From a virus (taxonomy: Duplodnaviria > Caudoviricetes), in the IMG/VR virus record IMGVR_UViG_3300006872_000014, positions 1-40,761 of that record: 40,761 nt of DNA. The stretch is one strand, 5' to 3'. Below are positions 35,350-40,761 of the stretch, in pieces. Position 1 is the first letter of the stretch, and each line of letters begins with the position of its first letter. Position numbers and translations under genes: made by a program. Below the pieces are notes generated by a model that saw only the letters and a program-made list of their open reading frames with translations, was not told where the DNA came from and searched no databases.

Positions 35350-37146
35350 TCACTGGACCGTCTGCGGCTCGCGCGGCTCCGGCCCCATCATCGCTTCGGC
35401 GAAGGTTTTCATCGCCTCGATCTCTGTCTTCTTCGCTTCCGCGATCTTCTTTTGCGTGTCGGCGTTCGTGTTGTTGACGCCGGCCTCCGTCTCCGGATTG
35501 GGCGCCGCCGCCTGTTGCTGGAGGATTTCAAGGAGAGCGTCCTTGTTCCTCAGATTCGGCGCGGCGCGCAGGTAAATCTCCGGCGGGAAGACGACGCCGG
35601 CGCTCGCCAGCGCGACAAGCTGCTCGAACTGCTCGCCGGCCAGAGTCACAATGTCCGGCGCGTCCTCGATGATGATGTCAACGTCCATCTGAGCCACGGG
35701 ACGCGAGGAAAAGCTGATCTGATCGGGCGCGACGCCTTGGGCTTGCGCCATCTGCGCGATCTGAGGCGGGACGTTGAGCCCGACGAAACGGACATTGCGT
35801 TCATCGTCGGTCACGCGCACCCATTTCGGCGCGGTCCAGAACTGGCGGATTCCCATCCACATCTTGCGAAAGACGTGGCGATCAAGGACGCGCAGCCGAT
35901 CGAGAAGGGCGCCAAGCTCGATCAAATTCGCCTGCTGCTTCGCCTGAATGGCGACGCCGGACTTTTCCGGCCCCTCCTGCCCGCGGAGCGACGATGACGC
36001 GCCGATCCGGCGGATCGATTCCTTGGCGTCCTGCAATAGCTGGAAGTGGCCGACCACTTCAGCGTTATTGTCGATGAGGCCGACATCCTCGCCCCACTTC
36101 GCATGTTCGGCAAGCTCGATCGCGCCGTCAGGCTTAGCCAGCTCGCGTTTCAAGGCGCGGACGTTGACGATCGCCCCCTTCTTGTAGAAAAGCTGCCGGA
36201 CGTTGAGATGGTGCAGCAATTTCGATGCGCGCTTGTTGATCTCAAGCTGGCGATCTTTCAACTCCCTTACCAACCCCGACCGCTCATTGTCAGGATCGAT
36301 ATGCGCGCTCATCCACTCGTAAGGATGGGTCGACGCTCCGTCCTCATCGACGATCGGGCTCGGGCCGTATTTCAATAGCCCGTCTTCGCCGCCGGTGAAC
36401 TCGGCGAAGTGCCAGACGCCGCGCTTTTGATAATAGACGATGCAGACGCAGACGCGCTTTTCCTTGGCGTCATACCAGCGATGCGAGCGCGGCTTGTCGT
36501 CGTGCATCGTGTCGTCGGCGTATTTGATCAATTTCGCCGCTTCGAGCTTTTCTTTGTTCTCCTCGCCGTACTCGAAGACTGCATCGTCAAAATCGAGCCA
36601 GCGCACGAGCCCGCGATAGGCGGCGTCCTCGAAATCAGGCTTTGCGGAGTGAACATCCCACCACATCCGGTCCCAATCGTTCTGGGACAACTCAAGCTCG
36701 ATTTCCCCGTTTGGCCTTCGGACGGGGACAAGCTCCATCCCGCCGAAACCGATTGTGAGGAGGTCGAACCAGACGCCGGAACGCTTGTCGTCATATTCCT
36801 CGCGCTCGGCGACGAAGCGCAAGGCGTCGGTCGCCGCCTCGGCGTCCTGTTCGTGCAACGGCGTCCTTGGAAAGGCGCGCGGGTCGGTCCGCTGCTGCTT
36901 TTCGAGCCCAACGAGGAAGTCGATGACAGGCTTGATCTCGTTGTAGACGTTCGCCGCCTGCCCCCTTGAAGCAAGCTCCTTGATCTGTTCGGTCGTCCAT
37001 TGCCGGTTGAAATAGAACCAGCGATCATCCTCCCAGCGCTCGCGCCATTCGATAGAATTATGGTGCCACGTCTCGTACCACGAAACGAAGGTACTGTTGT
37101 CAGGCGCGGCCTCGCCGTCGTCGATATTCGTCAGGCCGTCAGCCAT
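35350..37146 (-). CDS. Portal protein (P22-like)
   Basis: QWTTEQIKELASRGQ, NEIKPVID..VG.E, SGLVRELKDRQLEINKR and SGVAIQAKQ. Confidence 0.9.
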   Translation of the reverse strand: MADGLTNIDDGEAAPDNSTFVSWYETWHHNSIEWRERWEDDRWFYFNRQWTTEQIKELASRGQAANVYNEIKPVIDFLVGLEKQQRTDPRAFPRTPLHEQDAEAATDALRFVAEREEYDDKRSGVWFDLLTIGFGGMELVPVRRPNGEIELELSQNDWDRMWWDVHSAKPDFEDAAYRGLVRWLDFDDAVFEYGEENKEKLEAAKLIKYADDTMHDDKPRSHRWYDAKEKRVCVCIVYYQKRGVWHFAEFTGGEDGLLKYGPSPIVDEDGASTHPYEWMSAHIDPDNERSGLVRELKDRQLEINKRASKLLHHLNVRQLFYKKGAIVNVRALKRELAKPDGAIELAEHAKWGEDVGLIDNNAEVVGHFQLLQDAKESIRRIGASSSLRGQEGPEKSGVAIQAKQQANLIELGALLDRLRVLDRHVFRKMWMGIRQFWTAPKWVRVTDDERNVRFVGLNVPPQIAQMAQAQGVAPDQISFSSRPVAQMDVDIIIEDAPDIVTLAGEQFEQLVALASAGVVFPPEIYLRAAPNLRNKDALLEILQQQAAAPNPETEAGVNNTNADTQKKIAEAKKTEIEAMKTFAEAMMGPEPREPQTVQ

Positions 37147-38435
37147 GATGCGTCTTCATCCTCGCTGTCGTGATCGTACTTGTCGCGCGGCTTCTTGGGC
37201 GGCTCAGGTTCCGCTGGGCGGATCGAACAGTTGACCGCGAATTCTCCGAATGCGTCGGCTCCATGCGAATTGTCGTCATGAAGAGGGCCTTGAAACGTCT
37301 GTAGCGGCTCCGACCAGCGCCGGCGATAGTTGCGCAGCCGCTTGCGGCCAAGTTCGGTTTTTTCCTGATCGAACCACACGCACGGGAAGAGAGAGCGCGC
37401 GGCGTTGATGCGCTCCTCCGGCCCTTGCGCGACCCCCACCATGACCGGCGATACGCCAAGCTCCCGAAGCGTCTGCACGCGGGACTTCGCGCCGGCGCCC
37501 CATTCCCGGACCGTCACATCGTGCGGGAAATAATGCTTCGAATAGCGATAGGGTTTCGACCTTATCGCCTCTTCGACGATAAGCTGCGCGCCGTCTCCCG
37601 ATGTCTCGTAATAGTCTATCGCCCGGACCTGTCGGCCGTTTTCCTGCATGAACCAGACCGCAGTGTAATCGTCGACGCCGATGTCCCACGCCGTGATGAC
37701 AGGCAAGGCCGGATCATGAGGGAATGCGCCGATCCTGCCGTCTCGCTCGGCGGCGATAAGGTCGCGGGCGTAATAGCTTCCCTCAGTGACGATCTCGTAA
37801 GAGCCGCCCCAGATGTGCGCGGCTTTTTCCGGATCGGTCGCATAATCATGCTCCATCTCCCTGCGCAGGACTTCCGGAAAGAACGGATTGTCATTCCAGT
37901 TCGCTTCAACGACCAGCGCCTCGGGCGGCCGCTTCATCCCCCTGAAAAAAAGATCGACCGCATCCGTGTCAAAACGCGGGTTCCATGCGAACCAAAGCTC
38001 AGACCCATCTTTGCGGATCGTCGGCCGGAGAAGGTCAAGCGACCGCTGGCTAAGGCTCTGCGCCTCCTCAACATAGGCGAGGTCGTACCCTTCCAGCGAT
38101 TTGATCGAATCTGCGGTGTGGTTCTGCATCCCCTGGAAGATCAGCAGCCCGTCGCCGGGCGACCGGATGACCGCTTCCTGAACGTCGAACAGCGAGCCGA
38201 CGCCGAACGCCTCGATCTTATCCTCGATCAGCCGTTTGACCGACTGCGAAAGCGTCCGCTGAACCTCTCGAATGCAAGCCGCCCGATAGCCAGGCCTCGT
38301 GATCGCATTGACGACAAGCCTTTCGGCGAAGAAGTGCGACTTCCCGCTCCCGCGCCCGCCATGCGCTGCCTTATACCGCCCATCCGCGAGAAGCGGCTTG
38401 AAAATCCTCGGGCACTTGGTCCTGATGACCGTCAT
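37131..38435 (-). CDS. terL: Terminase large subunit (PBSX family)
   Basis: Walker A HGGRGSGKS, Walker B YVEEAQ, PTIRK, nuclease AWDIG and HGADAF. Confidence 0.95.
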   Translation of the reverse strand: MTVIRTKCPRIFKPLLADGRYKAAHGGRGSGKSHFFAERLVVNAITRPGYRAACIREVQRTLSQSVKRLIEDKIEAFGVGSLFDVQEAVIRSPGDGLLIFQGMQNHTADSIKSLEGYDLAYVEEAQSLSQRSLDLLRPTIRKDGSELWFAWNPRFDTDAVDLFFRGMKRPPEALVVEANWNDNPFFPEVLRREMEHDYATDPEKAAHIWGGSYEIVTEGSYYARDLIAAERDGRIGAFPHDPALPVITAWDIGVDDYTAVWFMQENGRQVRAIDYYETSGDGAQLIVEEAIRSKPYRYSKHYFPHDVTVREWGAGAKSRVQTLRELGVSPVMVGVAQGPEERINAARSLFPCVWFDQEKTELGRKRLRNYRRRWSEPLQTFQGPLHDDNSHGADAFGEFAVNCSIRPAEPEPPKKPRDKYDHDSEDEDASWLTA

Positions 38436-38476
38436 TTAGCAGATTGTTGCGCTCGGCTCGGTGACGCTATGTCATT

Positions 38477-38872
38477 TCATCGCGCAGGATTGGCAGTATC
38501 GTCCAAAGGATCGACGATTTCCGTCACGACTTTCTGCACCTTCACGCCGATCTCGCCGCCGAGATTATGATCGATGCGGTCCCCGTACTTCTTCGGCTTC
38601 AGCTTGCCGGCAGCCCATTTCCGAGCGTCGATCTTGACGCGGCGGTCATCCGGCGAAAGCTCGGAAGTATCTGCAATGTCGACAATTTCCTGAGCGTAAA
38701 CATCGGCTTGCGCCTCGCGCGCGCGCGCGTATTTGTCGGCGAAGTCGCCGTCTTTCGCCAATCGCTCGTAGACAGCATCCTTTCCCGGCAGGTGCGCGTC
38801 GGCGCAAATCTTGACGACTGCCTCGCCGCTGGCGATGCGGCGCAGGATTTCCTCTTCCTGCTCAGGCCGCAT
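38477..38872 (-). CDS. terS: Terminase small subunit (Sf6-like)
   Basis: EILRRIASGE..KIC, YARARE and IDARKWAAGKLKPKKYGD. Confidence 0.92.
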   Translation of the reverse strand: MRPEQEEEILRRIASGEAVVKICADAHLPGKDAVYERLAKDGDFADKYARAREAQADVYAQEIVDIADTSELSPDDRRVKIDARKWAAGKLKPKKYGDRIDHNLGGEIGVKVQKVVTEIVDPLDDTANPAR

Positions 38873-39218
38873 AGTCTTTGAGCCTTATGGTTGGTTGGGA
38901 TTCCTGGGCGTGAATGCGTTGGGTGATCTTCTCGCCGGTGGAAAGGGTTGCGGTGATGTCGGCATAACCGGAGCCGGTCGGTCCGGTGAGGATGAAGGAG
39001 AGGACGCCCGCGGCGATCGTCGGCGCGGAAACCGCGAGATTGCTGCCGGCGGTGACGACCGACGAAATCGTGTCTCCGGTTGCGAGATAGTCGCTGAGAT
39101 CGAGCTTGATCGCGCGGATGTCGCCTTGATCGATGAAGATCAGCGCTTGGTTGCCGCGCGCGTCCATCCCTTGCACGGCGATGTCGCCATTCGCCATCCG
39201 CCTAATCCGAAGCGACAA
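38862..39218 (-). CDS. Fibre-tail adaptor-like protein
   Basis: LDLSDYLATGDTISSV...ITATLSTG; GGAGG RBS before the TTG. Confidence 0.55.
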   Translation of the reverse strand: MSLRIRRMANGDIAVQGMDARGNQALIFIDQGDIRAIKLDLSDYLATGDTISSVVTAGSNLAVSAPTIAAGVLSFILTGPTGSGYADITATLSTGEKITQRIHAQESQPTIRLKDYAA

Positions 39219-39273
39219 TTACTTCCTCCGCCTGTTCAGGGGTTGATCATCTTGCCGGCGCCGGCAAAGAGAT

Positions 39274-39301
39274 GCCCCGCCAGCGGTTAGGCTGACGGGG
39301 C
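39274..39301 (-). terminator. GC-rich hairpin downstream of the structured RNAs
   Basis: GCCCCGTCAGC-CTAACC-GCTGGCGGGGC followed by ATCTCTTT. A G-U pair forms only on the minus strand. Confidence 0.55.
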
Positions 39302-39304
39302 TGG

Positions 39305-39455
39305 ATTGGTGGGCCGACAGGGCGCTTATCCTGTCCTTACGGCGCGCAGGTACCCCCGCAAGCTTTTCCTTTGCCCCTTCCGGGGGATTTGTATTGGCGG
39401 GCCGTGCTCGGACCTCTAAGGATTTGCCGTCCTTCGCGTGTCAAACGCCGCCAAT
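39305..39455 (-). ncRNA. tRNA-like structured RNA, copy B
   Basis: 5' ATTGGCGGCGT-TTGAC-ACGC; AAGGA-CGGCAAA-TCCTT arm; 3' GACAGG-ATAAGCGC-CCTGTC-GGCCCACCA. Confidence 0.5.
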
Positions 39456-39487
39456 TCTGTTTCCCCTATGGGGATATAACGAAAGCC

Positions 39488-39733
39488 TTATGCCGTAAAG
39501 CGGAAAGCTCCTGGCGCGTATTCTTCGGTTTCGAGATAGAGCTTGCCGTCGATCCTGACGAACCTTACGTCGCGCCCGTTAGGGCCGCCGCTCAAAGTGA
39601 AGCCGGTATTCCAAGCGTCATTCCCCTCATGGATCAACGTCAACCTTGAGGCGTCCTCTTCTTTCGGCTTCGGGAGCGCCTGAGCGCTCACCATCAAAGC
39701 TACTGCGCCTATGAGGAAGGAACGGCGGTGCAT
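39488..39733 (-). CDS. 81-aa protein with a twin-arginine-like signal
   Basis: MHRRSFLIGAVALMVSAQA. Confidence 0.6.
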   Translation of the reverse strand: MHRRSFLIGAVALMVSAQALPKPKEEDASRLTLIHEGNDAWNTGFTLSGGPNGRDVRFVRIDGKLYLETEEYAPGAFRFTA

Positions 39734-39752
39734 CGTCTCTCGTCCTAAAGGC

Positions 39753-39906
39753 TTTCGCGCGGGCCGGGCGCTACTCCGGCTTCTGACTCAATGACGGGCC
39801 TCGGTCCAGTTGTGCGTGCACGCTTCTCTGCGGTAGCCCAGCATCGTCGCATATATCAAACCTTAGATGCCTTAGGCGTGTCTGCTTTCCACGCCGCCGC
39901 GCGAAA
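39753..39906 (-). ncRNA. tRNA-like structured RNA, copy A
   Basis: 10-bp closing stem TTTCGCGCGG/CCGCGCGAAA, D-like arm GGCGTG-GAAAGCAGA-CACGCC and T-like arm GCCGG-AGTAGCGC-CCGGC. Confidence 0.55.
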
Positions 39907-39942
39907 CTCTGAATTCATTGGCGCAGTGCGCCGAATACCGGG

Positions 39943-39971
39943 AAATTGGCGTAAATCGTCCCGAGCGTCAA
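39943..39971 (-). promoter_or_regulatory. Candidate late promoter (pR'-like position)
   Basis: TTGACG at 39971-39966 overlaps the stop of the regulator gene; 17-bp spacer; weak -10 (CAATTT). Confidence 0.35.
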
Positions 39972-40555
39972 GCGGTTAGCGCGGATCGAAGGTCGAAACC
40001 GTGAAGTTCCTGCTTGAGACGCTTCGAAATTGCGTTGAGCTGTTCGGCCTTGAGGTTTTTCAGCCGCTTGACGGTGAGGCCGGTTTCTTTGGAAAGATCA
40101 GGCCAGCGTCGGCCGCACGCCTTGCCCCAGAGAACGTCCCTGGCGCGCAGTTTATCGTCGGCATGGATGAACCGCAGCCAAAGCAAAACCTCGCTGTAGC
40201 GCGAAATCTGTGCCGCCGTGGGGCTATCCGGGCGGAAGGTCGTCTCGTATTCAGGAAGCTTGCTTTCGAGGCGGGAGGCCCGCGCCGCGAAAATGTCCGC
40301 CGGCGTGTGCACCACATCCGGCCAGCCGTTGCCGTAGCCGCGGCCGCGCGGCGCTTCCATCGCACGCTCGACCCGCGCCGCTTCGATCAGCAGCGCCCAG
40401 ATGATTTTCGGCAAGGTGGCCTCGGCGCTGTCATAGCCGCAGGCGATGCAGAGCTTGAAGCCGTGGCGGATCGCATCGATCGTCCGGATCGGATCGATCG
40501 CCGTTCTGAGCGGCCGCTCTTCCTTGAGGTCGCAGGATTGGGCGGGGGAGGTCAA
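39968..40555 (-). CDS. Putative late transcription regulator (Q-position, DUF6362-like)
   Basis: LIEAARVE...NGWPDVVH...PTAAQISRYSEVLLWL and a C-terminal HTH; lies just before the late leader. Confidence 0.6.
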   Translation of the reverse strand: MTSPAQSCDLKEERPLRTAIDPIRTIDAIRHGFKLCIACGYDSAEATLPKIIWALLIEAARVERAMEAPRGRGYGNGWPDVVHTPADIFAARASRLESKLPEYETTFRPDSPTAAQISRYSEVLLWLRFIHADDKLRARDVLWGKACGRRWPDLSKETGLTVKRLKNLKAEQLNAISKRLKQELHGFDLRSALTA

Positions 40556-40746
40556 GCGGATGGCTCCTTGCGTTCTTCAAAATACCGCCGCAATCTGTTC
40601 ATCGCGCTTTCGTCGCCGCGCTTTGAGAGTTCCGCCGCGTAAACCAAATTCGGGCGTCCGGTCTCCTCCTCGAATTTCTGCATCTCGCGATGAAAATCGG
40701 CGGAGTCCATGCAGGCGGCTATGAATTTTGCGGCGGGCTCGCTCAT
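40552..40746 (-). CDS. Hypothetical 64-aa protein
   Basis: GGAG RBS; stop overlaps the next start. Confidence 0.6.
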   Translation of the reverse strand: MSEPAAKFIAACMDSADFHREMQKFEEETGRPNLVYAAELSKRGDESAMNRLRRYFEERKEPSA

Positions 40747-40761
40747 TCTGTCTCCGGGGGC

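Noticed and set aside
39305-39906. Canonical tRNA or tmRNA genes
   Set aside because: There is no GTTCRA T-loop, the arm lengths are non-standard and no tag reading frame is evident. They are reported as tRNA-like RNAs instead.
1-40761. Genome-wide TAG recoding, suggested by the amber codon in the GcrA-like gene
   Set aside because: TAG acts as a normal coupled stop elsewhere (1497-1499 overlapping the next GTG; 10636-10638 just before the next ATG). The long genes are intact under code 11 and no suppressor tRNA is visible.

Overview
The window is an apparently near-complete (~40.8 kb, ~60% GC by eye) tailed dsDNA phage genome of podovirus type. Its host is probably an alphaproteobacterium, judged from a GcrA-like gene and the style of the gene families. 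The organisation is lambdoid. A divergent promoter/operator pair at ~4.8 kb drives a + strand early operon (ERF annealing protein, YqaJ exonuclease, HNH, many small accessory genes; 4.9-12.9 kb). It also drives a - strand Cro-like/GcrA-like/RusA/replication operon (4.8 kb to 1) that probably continues at the far end of the window. The late region on the - strand holds a putative late regulator, two tRNA-like structured RNAs, terminase, a P22-like portal, scaffold, an N4-gp56-type capsid, P22-like tail proteins, three DNA-ejection proteins, a 1309-aa tailspike, an 1888-aa multidomain glycoside-hydrolase-like protein and an expanded lysis cassette. No CI repressor, integrase or att site is visible. 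The most notable unexplained signals are four. First, a small-protein plus multi-pass membrane protein pair sits inside the lysis cassette. Second, two related ~150-nt tRNA-like RNAs lie in the late leader. Third, three covarying tandem mini-pseudoknots lie upstream of the scaffold gene. Fourth, the GcrA-like gene has an in-frame amber codon. All family assignments come from motif recognition by eye, not from database searches.
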